Source: Phycisphaerales bacterium (GTDB lineage Bacteria; Planctomycetota; Phycisphaerae; Phycisphaerales; UBA1924). From it: a DNA stretch of 64,000 nt. The number at the start of each line of letters is the position of its first letter. The stretch's first letter is position 1. The notes beneath the pieces are model-generated. The model was not told where the DNA came from, ran no database searches, and saw nothing but the letters and a program-made list of their open reading frames with translations. The stretch lies in the NCBI GenBank assembly GCA_965227775.1, contig OZ245777.1, positions 256,001-320,000 of the forward strand. Direction: 5' to 3'. The position numbers and the translations under genes were made by a program. Positions 37,107 to 46,598 of this stretch are shown here, piece after piece.

Positions 37107-37830
37107 CCTGCTTCATGTCGGCCACGGCCGTCCGAAAGCCGCTGTAGATCGCCCGGCTCACGATCGCGTGCCCAATGTGCAGTTCCTCGACACCCGGTAG
37201 CGCGGCGATCGGCCCGACGTTGTGGTAGTTCAGCGCATGCCCCGCGTTGAAGCGCATGCCCTTCGACGAGATCTGCGCGCCGGCGTGCGCCACGGCCTCG
37301 AGCGCTGCTGAGAGCTCTTGTCGCCGAAAGTCACCCCCGCAACGCGCCCACGCGTGCGCGTACGGCCCGGTGTGCACCTCGCACACGTCGAAGTCGGCGG
37401 CGTGAGCCGCCTCCACCTGCGATAGAACGGGATCGATGAACGCGCTCACGATCAGCCCGGCCTCCTTGAGCCGACGAACCACTCCGGTGAGCGCATCAAG
37501 CTGCCCCGCGACGTCGAGCCCGCCCTCCGTGGTCACCTCCTGACGGCCCTCGGGAACGAGCATCGCCGTGTGCGGCGTCAACTCACAGGCAAAGTCGACC
37601 ATGGCATCCGTCGCGGCCATCTCCAGGTTCAGGCGCACGTTGACGGTGTCGCGCAGGCGTCGCAGGTCGTGGTCCTGTACGTGGCGCCGATCCTCGCGAA
37701 GGTGGGCGGTGATGCCGTCGGCACCGCCGAGTTCGGCTTCATGCGCCGCGCGCACGGGGTCGGGCTCGACGCCCCGTCGCGCCTGGCGGACCGTAGCCAC
37801 GTGATCAACGTTGACGCTCAGCTGCACCAT
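37081..37830 (-). CDS. pdxJ: Pyridoxine 5'-phosphate synthase
   Basis: VNVDHVATVRQAR, HLREDRRH, NLEMA, TTEGG, NAGHAL, IGHAIVSRA. Confidence 0.97.
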   Translation of the reverse strand: MVQLSVNVDHVATVRQARRGVEPDPVRAAHEAELGGADGITAHLREDRRHVQDHDLRRLRDTVNVRLNLEMAATDAMVDFACELTPHTAMLVPEGRQEVTTEGGLDVAGQLDALTGVVRRLKEAGLIVSAFIDPVLSQVEAAHAADFDVCEVHTGPYAHAWARCGGDFRRQELSAALEAVAHAGAQISSKGMRFNAGHALNYHNVGPIAALPGVEELHIGHAIVSRAIYSGFRTAVADMKQVMSRSVRG

Positions 37831-37852
37831 GGCCAAGCCTATGCCGCGCGTG

Positions 37853-38785
37853 CTAGCGCTCGGCCTCGAAGCTCAGGCTCAATACCGCGAGCGCCAGAAT
37901 GTGCCGGCGATCGACGGCCGCCTCGCTCTCAGCCCGGCGGTCGAACGCCTCCTCGATGTCAAGCCGCATCGCGCTGCCGTCGTCCAGCCGGTGCCCGGTC
38001 GCCACGAGCCGACCACCCAGCCTGAACTCCATGCGCTTCCACGGCCCGTTAAACGCCAGCGCCAGACCGATGGGCCCGGAAACAAGGCTGCCCACGATGG
38101 ACGCGAGATTGAGATACTCGCGCACGATGGAGACCGCCAACTCGGGCGTCTTGCCCTCAGGCACACGCTCCTCGCTGCCCATTGCCGCGCTCCACGCGTA
38201 GAGCCGGGCCGCGAGGCTCGACACTTCCGCAGCGGCGGCCGCCGACTTTTCTTCCTCGGTCTGCGGCGGTGGCTCGACAGGCTCGAACCCTCGCACCCGC
38301 CACTTCCCCAGGCGTCGGGCCACGTCCCCGAACATCCACCCTCGTTCGTCCAGCAGCGAATACCACGATTGCTCGCCCGACCGCTCGGCGAGCGTCATGA
38401 GCGGCGTCCGCTCCAATCCACCTGGCAAGTCGTCATGGAAGCGATACTCGCGCGTCGGCTGGGCCATGAGTACGACAACCAGACCCACCAGGCCGACGGC
38501 AACCGCCATCGCAAAGCCCAGCAACGGCGGCAGCCCGATACCGATCGGGATGAGTGCCGCCAGCAGCACCGTGAGCAGCACGCCGGCAAGAACGACAAAG
38601 AACCGCGTCCGGTTCACCCGCGGACGCACCGCCAACAGCAAGCGCACCGCCGAGTCGCGGATGCCGATGCGAACACGCTCACCGTAACGATCCTGCACGC
38701 GAACCAGGACGAACTCGTTGCCGTCGACCAGCAGGTCGAGCCCGTCGACCGGCGGCACGAGTTCTGCTGGTCCGAGCGTCGCCAT
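37853..38785 (-). CDS. Hypothetical membrane protein
   Basis: 310-aa ORF with two N-proximal TM segments, co-oriented between rho and pdxJ. Confidence 0.7.
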   Translation of the reverse strand: MATLGPAELVPPVDGLDLLVDGNEFVLVRVQDRYGERVRIGIRDSAVRLLLAVRPRVNRTRFFVVLAGVLLTVLLAALIPIGIGLPPLLGFAMAVAVGLVGLVVVLMAQPTREYRFHDDLPGGLERTPLMTLAERSGEQSWYSLLDERGWMFGDVARRLGKWRVRGFEPVEPPPQTEEEKSAAAAAEVSSLAARLYAWSAAMGSEERVPEGKTPELAVSIVREYLNLASIVGSLVSGPIGLALAFNGPWKRMEFRLGGRLVATGHRLDDGSAMRLDIEEAFDRRAESEAAVDRRHILALAVLSLSFEAER

Positions 38786-38795
38786 CGTGCTCGGT

Positions 38796-40049
38796 TCAGG
38801 CCGGGCTCGCCGATCGGTTCGTGCCGATCAGCGCCTCGTTGCTCTCGAAACGCTTGAGCGCGTTGAGCAACTGCTCGATCTGCTGAGGCGGCGGCATCGA
38901 GAGCAACCGCCGGCGGAGCGCGTTGACGGTCTCCAGCTCCTGCTTGGGCATCAACAGGTCTTCCTTGCGCGTCCCGCTCGCCGCGAGGTTCATCGCAGGG
39001 AACAGCCGGCGCTCGGCTACCTTGCGGTCGAGAATGAGCTCCATGTTGCCGCTGCCCTTGAACTCTTCGAAGATCACCTGATCGCCCTGGCCACCGGTGT
39101 CGACAAGCGCCGTGGCGATGATCGTGAGCGAGCCGGCCTCTTCGGTCTGACGGGCGGCACCGAAGATCTGGCGCGGTACCTCCAGCGCCTTGCTGTCGAT
39201 GCCGCCGCTCAGCGTGCGGCCGCTGCTCGAATACTCACGCGATCGGTTGAACGCCCGGCCGAGCCTCGTCAGCGAGTCGAGGATGATGACAACATCCTTG
39301 CCAAGCTCGACGAGCCGCTTACAACGCTCCATGGTCACGGTCGCCACCTGGATGTGTCGCTCGGCATCGTGGTCGGCGCTAGACGCCACCACCGTCACAC
39401 GCGAGCTGTCCCAAGGCCGATCCGGATCTCCAGCACCATGACCGGTCAGCGAGCGGCGGAAGTCCGTGACCTCCTCCGGCCGTTCGTCGACAAGGAGCAC
39501 GAACAGTTCGGTGTTGTCGTGGTTGTGCAGGATCGCGGTGGCGATGTCCTTCAACAGAGTCGTCTTGCCGGCCTTGGGTGGGCTCACCACCATAGCGCGC
39601 TGCCCGAATCCAATCGGGCAGAACATGTCGACGAGGCGGCACGACGCGGGGCAGCCCCGATACTCGAGTGTCATGCGCGGGCACGGGTCGACAGTCGTCA
39701 GCTCTTCGAACGGTGTCGGTTGGGGCGCATCTTCGGGGTGGCCGCCCTCGATCTTCAGCACGCGCTCGGCGACCGGCGCCTTCGTGCCGGCGCTCTTTTG
39801 CGGGCGCCGGTTGCGGCGGTTGCGATTGCGACCACCGCCCTGGCCGTTCTGGCCGACGCTCGCTTGCTTCTCGCCAAGGCGCACCTCGACCTGCATGCCA
39901 GGCTTGAGCCCGAAGCGATCGACGAGTGATCGCGGCAGGATTGGGTCGTCATCGCGGAATTGCACGGTATCGCCCACAATGGGCCGAAGCCGGACATCCC
40001 CGCGCCGTGGTTGGTCCACCAGGCCGGAAAAGGTCGTCATGTTGTCCAT
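38796..40049 (-). CDS. rho: Transcription termination factor Rho, short form
   Basis: PIGFGQR, PPKAGKTT, LVDERPEEVTD, LDSLTRL, SGRTLSGG, EEFKGSGNME, SGTRKE; probable ATG 40049 or 40040. Confidence 0.93.
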   Translation of the reverse strand: MDNMTTFSGLVDQPRRGDVRLRPIVGDTVQFRDDDPILPRSLVDRFGLKPGMQVEVRLGEKQASVGQNGQGGGRNRNRRNRRPQKSAGTKAPVAERVLKIEGGHPEDAPQPTPFEELTTVDPCPRMTLEYRGCPASCRLVDMFCPIGFGQRAMVVSPPKAGKTTLLKDIATAILHNHDNTELFVLLVDERPEEVTDFRRSLTGHGAGDPDRPWDSSRVTVVASSADHDAERHIQVATVTMERCKRLVELGKDVVIILDSLTRLGRAFNRSREYSSSGRTLSGGIDSKALEVPRQIFGAARQTEEAGSLTIIATALVDTGGQGDQVIFEEFKGSGNMELILDRKVAERRLFPAMNLAASGTRKEDLLMPKQELETVNALRRRLLSMPPPQQIEQLLNALKRFESNEALIGTNRSASPA

Positions 40050-40378
40050 CGTCCGCGAGATCCCCGCGTCAAGGAGCCAGACGAGGCCCCGGTCGCGAAG
40101 ATCGGCTTCCCTGTGGTATCGGTCCGCCAGGGGGCAACGCTTTGGGCCGCCCGGCGTGACTGGCGTATCAGAGGCGTGCATCGCTCCGATGTCAAACAAG
40201 CCCTGTCGGGCAATCGGGCATTCCCAGCCCCGCACACGCCTCAGCATGATCTACGCATGGCCAGCCTCGCCGGATTCGACTATGCTCGGCGTTTGCAGGG
40301 TGCGGGGTTATCGGTAGCCCAACGACCGCACTCGCTCGGCGTCCATCATCCCTCGTTCTTTCGGAGCCCGTCCCCGTC

Positions 40379-42133
40379 ATGGAGGTCCTTCGCGGCATCG
40401 CGGTCTCGCCCGGCCTGGTCATCGGCCGCATCTTCCTGCTGGAAGACGAAGACCGCCGCGTCGTGCGACGCTTCACGCCCTCGGCAGGCTCCGACGAAGA
40501 AGCCGCCCGGGCCAAGGCCGCGCTTGAGGCCTCCGTCACCGACCTGCAAGAGGTCAAGCAGCGCGCCGAGAAGGAGATGGGCGAGGAAGCCGCCAAGATC
40601 TTCCTGTTCCATATCGGCGTGCTGCAAGACGCCTCGCTCCGCAGCCCGATCTTCGAGCGCATCGAGAATGAGCACATGGCAGCCGAGCACGCCGTCGAGC
40701 TCACATTCGGCGAGTGGGCAAGCCGCTTTTCGAAGATGGGCGACTCGGCGTTCACCTCCAAGGTCGATGATCTGGAGGACCTGCGCAACCGAGTGCTGGG
40801 CCACCTCATGGGCGAGCACAACCGCACGCTCGACGAGCTCACGCAGCCTGCGGTGGTCGTTGCCGATGACCTGACGCCCTCCCAGGCGGCGGGATTCAAC
40901 CGTGAATTCGTGCAAGCCTTCGTGACCGATCGCGGCGGGCGCACGAGCCACACCGCCATCGTCGCGCGCGCGCTGAACATCCCCGCCGTCGTCGGCCTTC
41001 GCGACATCGCCAGCATCGCCGAGGAAGACACCACCATCATCGTCGACGGGCTCGAGGGCGTGGTCATCCTCGACCCCACCGATGAGCAGCTCGATCGCTA
41101 CAAAGACCGCCAGACCCGCCTCGCCCGCCGCGAAACCGTCTGGAAGGAGCAAGCCTCCGAGCCGAGCGTCACGACCGACGGCGAGCACGTCCGTCTGCTG
41201 GGCAATATCGAGTTCCCCGACGAGATCTCCCACGTGCTCGAAGTCGGCGGCGAGGGCATCGGCCTCTATCGCACCGAGTTCCTCTACCTCGCCAGCGACA
41301 CCGAACCCTCGGAAGAAGAGCACTATCAGTCGTACGTGCGTTGCATCCGCCAGCTCGAAGGGCGTGAGCTGGTCATCCGCACCGTGGACCTGGGCGCCGA
41401 CAAGTACACCCAGCACAGCTTCGAGCTTCCCGAGCGCAACCCCTTCCTGGGCAACAGGTCGATCCGCTATTGCCTCAGCAACCTGCCGATGTTCAAGCGG
41501 CAGCTCCGCGCGCTGCTCCGCGCCAGCGCCGAGGGGCCGCTGAAGATCATGTTCCCGCTCGTGACCACCGTGCACGAGCTGCGTCAGGCCAAGTCCATCG
41601 TCCGAGATGTCATGGAGGATCTGGCCGAAGAGGGCGTGCCCTTCGATGCGGACGTCCCGATGGGCATGATGGTCGAAGTGCCCGCTGCCGCGGTCATCTC
41701 CTCGAGCTTCGCCCGCGACGCCGACTTCTTCAGCGTGGGCACCAACGACCTGGTCCAGTACACCCTGGCGGTCGACCGCACCAACGAACGCGTGGCCGAC
41801 CTGTTCACCGCCATGCACCCGGCGGTACTACGGCTCGTCCGAGACGTCATGCGGGGGTCCAAGAGCCGCCAGATACCCGTGTCCTGCTGCGGCGAATCGG
41901 CCGCCGAGCTCGACTTTGCCGTGTTGCTGATCGGGCTGGGCGTGCGTACCCTCTCGGTGGGTTCGTACTCGATTCCGCAGGTCAAGCGGCTGGTGCGAAG
42001 CGTGTCCGCCGAGGAATGCGCCCGTATCGCCCGGCGAGCCCTCTCGCTCGAGTCACCGTCGGACGTCACTGCATACGTCCGAGAGCGTGTCCGCAAGGCC
42101 ATGCCCGGTGTCTTCGATTCCGGCGAGGATTAG
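40379..42133 (+). CDS. ptsI: PEP-protein phosphotransferase (PTS enzyme I)
   Basis: GGRTSHTAIVAR phospho-His, GIGLYRTEF, ERNPFLGNR, GMMVEVP, SVGTNDLVQY, CGE. Confidence 0.96.
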   Translation: MEVLRGIAVSPGLVIGRIFLLEDEDRRVVRRFTPSAGSDEEAARAKAALEASVTDLQEVKQRAEKEMGEEAAKIFLFHIGVLQDASLRSPIFERIENEHMAAEHAVELTFGEWASRFSKMGDSAFTSKVDDLEDLRNRVLGHLMGEHNRTLDELTQPAVVVADDLTPSQAAGFNREFVQAFVTDRGGRTSHTAIVARALNIPAVVGLRDIASIAEEDTTIIVDGLEGVVILDPTDEQLDRYKDRQTRLARRETVWKEQASEPSVTTDGEHVRLLGNIEFPDEISHVLEVGGEGIGLYRTEFLYLASDTEPSEEEHYQSYVRCIRQLEGRELVIRTVDLGADKYTQHSFELPERNPFLGNRSIRYCLSNLPMFKRQLRALLRASAEGPLKIMFPLVTTVHELRQAKSIVRDVMEDLAEEGVPFDADVPMGMMVEVPAAAVISSSFARDADFFSVGTNDLVQYTLAVDRTNERVADLFTAMHPAVLRLVRDVMRGSKSRQIPVSCCGESAAELDFAVLLIGLGVRTLSVGSYSIPQVKRLVRSVSAEECARIARRALSLESPSDVTAYVRERVRKAMPGVFDSGED

Positions 42134-42136
42134 TCT

Positions 42137-42163
42137 CGAATCATCGGCAGTATCGGCCGATAA
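42137..42163 (+). promoter_or_regulatory. Sigma28-like promoter upstream of rne
   Basis: CGAA-N15-GCCGATAA; the -10 element matches the FliA consensus exactly. Confidence 0.5.
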
Positions 42164-42538
42164 GACTCTGGCTGGGCGGCTCTTTGGGCGCCCGGCCAAA
42201 CCCCACCCCCACGAGGGCCGTAGATGTTCGTGGGACCGGCTGGGGCGCTTGAAGACTCGCGCAACCACGGCCCTTGCACCCGCAGCAAGCCATCGGCTCG
42301 CAGCGGCGACTTGAAACGATAACTTCGACGCCCGCCAGAGGCCGCGGATTGGCCAGGCCCGGCCGGCGTCTACCAGGCATGATCGATTCCGATCACAGCC
42401 GTTCACACCTTGCGGAGCATGCCGAAGTGACCCCCCGAATCGCCCTCGCAGGCCCGACCGCCGCCCACGGGTGTGGCGTCGCCGGCCGCGCGGCGGTGGC
42501 GGGCGGACCGGCCCTCCCTGCACGAGAGCGTCCACATC

Positions 42539-45355
42539 ATGGCACGAAAGTCCAGCACCTCCGACAACGGCTCAACCACCAAGGCTGACTCGAACGACAC
42601 CGGCTCCAAGAAGACCTCAAAGAAGAAGACATCTCGCTCGTCCTCAGGCCGCGGCCGCGGCCGCTTCCAGAGCGACGCCATCGAATCCAGCGGCGGAGCC
42701 TCGGGCGCGAGCCGCATGATCGTCAACTACATCCCGGGCGACGAGTGCCGCATCGCATTCGTCGAGGACGGCAAGCTCGAGGAGTACCACGCCGAACCCA
42801 CCGCCTCGACCAGCCGCGTCAACAACATCTACCTCGGCGTCGTGCGCAACGTCAACACCGCCGTGCAGGCCGCCTTCGTCGACTTCGGTCTCGACGAGCA
42901 CGGCTTCTTGCACACCACCGACGTCCACCCCCGCTACTTCCCCAAGAACGAGGACGCCGCCGAGCGCGTCGGCATCAAGACGCCGCGCCGCGATCGCCCG
43001 CCAATCCAGAAGTGCTTCAAGCCCGGCGACCGCATCATGGTCCAGGTCTTGAAGGAGGGCGTGGGCACCAAGGGCCCCACCCTCACCAGCTACATCTCCA
43101 TCCCTGGCCGCTACCTCGTCATGATGCCCGGCATGGACAACGTGGGCGTCTCCCGAAAGGTCGAAGACGAAGACACCCGTCGCGCCATGCGCAAGGTGCT
43201 CGACCAGCTTGACCTTCCCGAGGGCTTCGGCTTCATCCTGCGCACCGCCGGCATGGAGCGCACGAAGACCGAGCTCAAGCGCGACCTGGCCTACCTCAAG
43301 CGTCTCTGGAGTGACATGGACAAGCGTCAGAAGAGCAAGAAGGCTCCTCAGGCGCTCTACGCCGAAAGCGATTTGCTGCTCCGCGCCCTGCGAGACCTTG
43401 CCGGCACCGAAGTCACCGACATCATCATCGACGACCCCGGCGCACTCGCCCGTGCCGAGCGATTCATCAAGATCGCGTCGCCCCGCAGCCGCCCGCAGTT
43501 GCGGCAGTACACGGGCCGCGCGCCGGTCTTCGCGGCCTTCGGCATCGAGCAGCAGATCCACAACATCCACTCGCGCGAGGTACCGCTGCCCAGCGGCGGC
43601 CGCCTGATCTTCGACGAGACCGAAGCGCTCGTCGCCATCGACGTCAACAGCGGCCGCAGCCGCAGCGCGCGAGACGCCGAGACCAACGCCTTCAACACCA
43701 ACATGGAGGCGGCCGACGAGATCTGCCGCCAGCTCCGCCTGCGCGACATGGGCGGCCTGGTCATCAACGACCTCATCGACATGCGCCACGCCAGCAATCG
43801 CAAGGCCATCGAGCAGCGATTCGCCGAGCGCCTGGGCCGCGACCGCGCCAAGAGCACCATCCTGCCGATCAGTGAGTTCGGCCTGCTCCAGATGACGCGC
43901 CAGCGCATGCGATCGAGCCACGAGCGCACGCACTTTGCAGAGTGCCACCTGTGCAAGGGCCGCGGCGTCATCCGCCGTCCCGATAGCGTGGCCGCCGAGG
44001 CACTGCGCGATCTCTCGCTCGTTGCGAGCTACGAGAAGGTCGCTCGCGTCGAGATGGTCGTCTCGGCCCAGGTTGCCAGCCATCTGCTCAGCGGCCGCCG
44101 CAGGCAGCTCAGCCGCATCGAGCGCATCAGCGGCGTGATCACCGAGGTCCGCGTCAGCGAGAACATGGCCGCCGAGCGATTCGTGCTGCACGCCTACGAC
44201 AGCAGCAACAACGACATCAACATCGAGAAGCTGCCCAAGCTGCCCGATCCCGAGGAGTCGCTGGTCGAGGCCGAGGGCCTGGCCACCGCCGACACGGCCA
44301 TTGTCGAGTCCGCCGAGGCGATCGACGATGCAGCGCACCATCACGACGATGATGGCGACGAGGTGCACGCCGTCGAGGCACACCCGATCGAGCTCGATGT
44401 CGACTATGACGACAGCGAAGACGGCGAGGAGCGCACCGGCCGGCGGCGTCGCAGGCGCCGGCGTCGCCGCCGCGGCGGCGGTAGCGATGCCGCCCAGCAC
44501 GACGGCGCCATGGCCCGTGATGACGAAGAAGAGGACGAAGACGCACAGCCCGAGGCCGAGGACCACGATGCGCACGAGTCAGACTCGGAGGACGACGACC
44601 GCCCGCGACGCAGGCGTCGCCGTCGCCGCCGCGGCGGCCGCGGCCGATCCGGCGCGAACGCCCAGTCTCGCGACGATCGCGACGACGAGCGTGATGATGA
44701 TTCCGGTCAGCCCGACTCGCTCGCACGCCGGCTCGCCAGCGCCCTGGCCACACCAGTGCCCGAAGCCGCCGATGATGATGAGGAGGAGGAGGGCGAGACC
44801 GTCGAAGACACCCGCGACACGTCCTCCGACGACGAACACGAAGACGACCGCCCGCGACGCAGGCGCCGTCGCAGTCGTCGGCGTGGCGAGTCTCGCGAGG
44901 AAACCGCCGAGGTATACGCCGAAGAAACCGATGCCGAGCTGACCGAAGCCCAGCCGGCCGAAGCCACCAATGAAGACCGCGACGACGAGGCCGAGGAAGA
45001 CCGCCCGCGTCGCAGGCGTCGCCGTCGCCGCGGCGGTCGAGGCCGCAACCGGGGCGAGCGCAGCGACGAAATCGAGGTCGTGGCCGACGAGCCTGAAGCC
45101 GCCGAAGCTGATGTCGAAGATGAGATCGAGGACCTCGTCGAAGAAGAAGAGGAAGAGGCGCCCACCGTCGAGGTCGTCTCGGCCGATGACGAGCCCGAGC
45201 CCGCCGGCCTCATCGAGCCCCGCCCCAAGCGTGGCCGACGCTCGCGCGGTAGCGACGAGCCGGCGGAAGCAGCCAAGGCCGACAAGAAGCCCCGCCCGCG
45301 CTTCCTCTACGCCGCACACCGCCGCACCAAGGGTGGTGGATCAGACGGGGCCTGA
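42539..45355 (+). CDS. rne: Ribonuclease E/G with long charged disordered C-terminus
   Basis: NIYLGVV, QAAFVDFG, VQVLKEGVGTKGPTL, AIDVNSG, LRDMGGLVINDLIDM, CHLCKGRG zinc link. Confidence 0.95.
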   Translation: MARKSSTSDNGSTTKADSNDTGSKKTSKKKTSRSSSGRGRGRFQSDAIESSGGASGASRMIVNYIPGDECRIAFVEDGKLEEYHAEPTASTSRVNNIYLGVVRNVNTAVQAAFVDFGLDEHGFLHTTDVHPRYFPKNEDAAERVGIKTPRRDRPPIQKCFKPGDRIMVQVLKEGVGTKGPTLTSYISIPGRYLVMMPGMDNVGVSRKVEDEDTRRAMRKVLDQLDLPEGFGFILRTAGMERTKTELKRDLAYLKRLWSDMDKRQKSKKAPQALYAESDLLLRALRDLAGTEVTDIIIDDPGALARAERFIKIASPRSRPQLRQYTGRAPVFAAFGIEQQIHNIHSREVPLPSGGRLIFDETEALVAIDVNSGRSRSARDAETNAFNTNMEAADEICRQLRLRDMGGLVINDLIDMRHASNRKAIEQRFAERLGRDRAKSTILPISEFGLLQMTRQRMRSSHERTHFAECHLCKGRGVIRRPDSVAAEALRDLSLVASYEKVARVEMVVSAQVASHLLSGRRRQLSRIERISGVITEVRVSENMAAERFVLHAYDSSNNDINIEKLPKLPDPEESLVEAEGLATADTAIVESAEAIDDAAHHHDDDGDEVHAVEAHPIELDVDYDDSEDGEERTGRRRRRRRRRRRGGGSDAAQHDGAMARDDEEEDEDAQPEAEDHDAHESDSEDDDRPRRRRRRRRRGGRGRSGANAQSRDDRDDERDDDSGQPDSLARRLASALATPVPEAADDDEEEEGETVEDTRDTSSDDEHEDDRPRRRRRRSRRRGESREETAEVYAEETDAELTEAQPAEATNEDRDDEAEEDRPRRRRRRRRGGRGRNRGERSDEIEVVADEPEAAEADVEDEIEDLVEEEEEEAPTVEVVSADDEPEPAGLIEPRPKRGRRSRGSDEPAEAAKADKKPRPRFLYAAHRRTKGGGSDGA
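44430..45060 (+). repeat. Four poly-Arg blocks in the RNase E C-terminal region
   Basis: (D/E)DRPRRRRRRRR(GGRGR)-type units; GACGACCGCCCGCGACGCAGGCG is identical at 44594 and 44843. Confidence 0.85.
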
Positions 45356-45358
45356 CGC

Positions 45359-46558
45359 ATGGCCCCTCGCACGCGGCGGCTGATCGTCCTGGGAAGCACC
45401 GGCTCCATCGGCCGGCAGACCCTCGACGTGGTCGCCCACCTCGCATCGCTCGCGAAGGCCAACGGCCAGCCCCCGCCCATCGAGGTGGTGGGCCTGGCCG
45501 CCGGCCGGCGTGCGCGCGAGCTGCGTGAGCAAGCCGACGCCCACGGCGTTCAATACACCGCGCTCTGCGAAGGTGACGACGGCGCGGCGACGGTCATCGG
45601 CGAAGACGCCGCCGAACGCCTCGTGCGTGAGGTCGAGGCCGACGTCGTGATAGCCGCCGTCGTGGGTGCCGCGGGCCTGCCCGCCACGCTCGCTGCCGTC
45701 GAGCTCGGTCGCGACGTGGCGCTCGCCAACAAGGAGACGCTCGTCGCCGCCGGCGCGCTCGTCGTCCCTGCGGCCCAGCGATCGGGCTCGAAGCTGTTGC
45801 CCGTCGACAGCGAACACTCCGCCCTCTGGCAGTGCCTGCACGCCATCGCCGGCCCCGAAGCGGCGCCACCCATGACGCCGCCCGCGCAAGTCGCACGCCT
45901 CGTGCTCACCGCCTCGGGCGGCCCATTCCGCACCGCCTCGGCCGAAGAGGTCTACAACGCCACGCCGCAGCAGGCCCTCGCCCACCCGACGTGGGACATG
46001 GGCCCGAAGGTCACCATCGACTGCGCCTCGCTCACCAACAAGGCGCTCGAGGTCATCGAGGCGCACTGGCTCTTCGGCTTCGGCTCATCGCGCCTCGGCG
46101 TGCTCGTGCACCCACAGTCCATCGTGCACTCGCTCATCGAGACCGTCGACGGCTCGGTGCTCGCCCAGCTGGGCGTCAGCGACATGCGCCTGCCGATCCA
46201 GCTCGCCCTCACCCACCCCGATCGTGTGCCGGGCAACACGCCGCCGCTCGACCTCGCCCAGCTCGCCCGCCTCGACTTTGAAGAGCCCGACGAGCAGCGA
46301 TTCCCCGCCCTCGCGCTCGCACGCTGGGTCATCGACACCGGCGGCACGGCGGGCGCCATCTTTAATGCCGCCAACGAGGCCGCCGTGCACGCCTTCATTG
46401 CCAACCACATCCCCTTCGGCCGCATCGGCGAGCTCACCCAGCACGCCTGCGAGTCCGTCGAAGTCACCCCGCTCGAAACGCTCCAAGACGCCACCGACGC
46501 CGACGCAGCCGCCCGCGCCCACGTCGAACGCCACATCGCCGCGGCCACACGCTCGTAA
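45359..46558 (+). CDS. dxr: 1-deoxy-D-xylulose 5-phosphate reductoisomerase
   Basis: LGSTGSIG, LANKE, LPVDSEHSA, LTASGGPF, HPTWDMGPKVTID, NKALEVIEA, NAANE. Confidence 0.97.
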   Translation: MAPRTRRLIVLGSTGSIGRQTLDVVAHLASLAKANGQPPPIEVVGLAAGRRARELREQADAHGVQYTALCEGDDGAATVIGEDAAERLVREVEADVVIAAVVGAAGLPATLAAVELGRDVALANKETLVAAGALVVPAAQRSGSKLLPVDSEHSALWQCLHAIAGPEAAPPMTPPAQVARLVLTASGGPFRTASAEEVYNATPQQALAHPTWDMGPKVTIDCASLTNKALEVIEAHWLFGFGSSRLGVLVHPQSIVHSLIETVDGSVLAQLGVSDMRLPIQLALTHPDRVPGNTPPLDLAQLARLDFEEPDEQRFPALALARWVIDTGGTAGAIFNAANEAAVHAFIANHIPFGRIGELTQHACESVEVTPLETLQDATDADAAARAHVERHIAAATRS

Positions 46559-46598
46559 GGACCGCAACCCACAAACGTCGGGCCGGTACCCTCCGGGC

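Noticed and set aside
44430..45060. Spaced direct repeats considered as a CRISPR array
   Set aside because: In-frame coding repeats of RNase E with irregular long spacing; no cas genes in the window.
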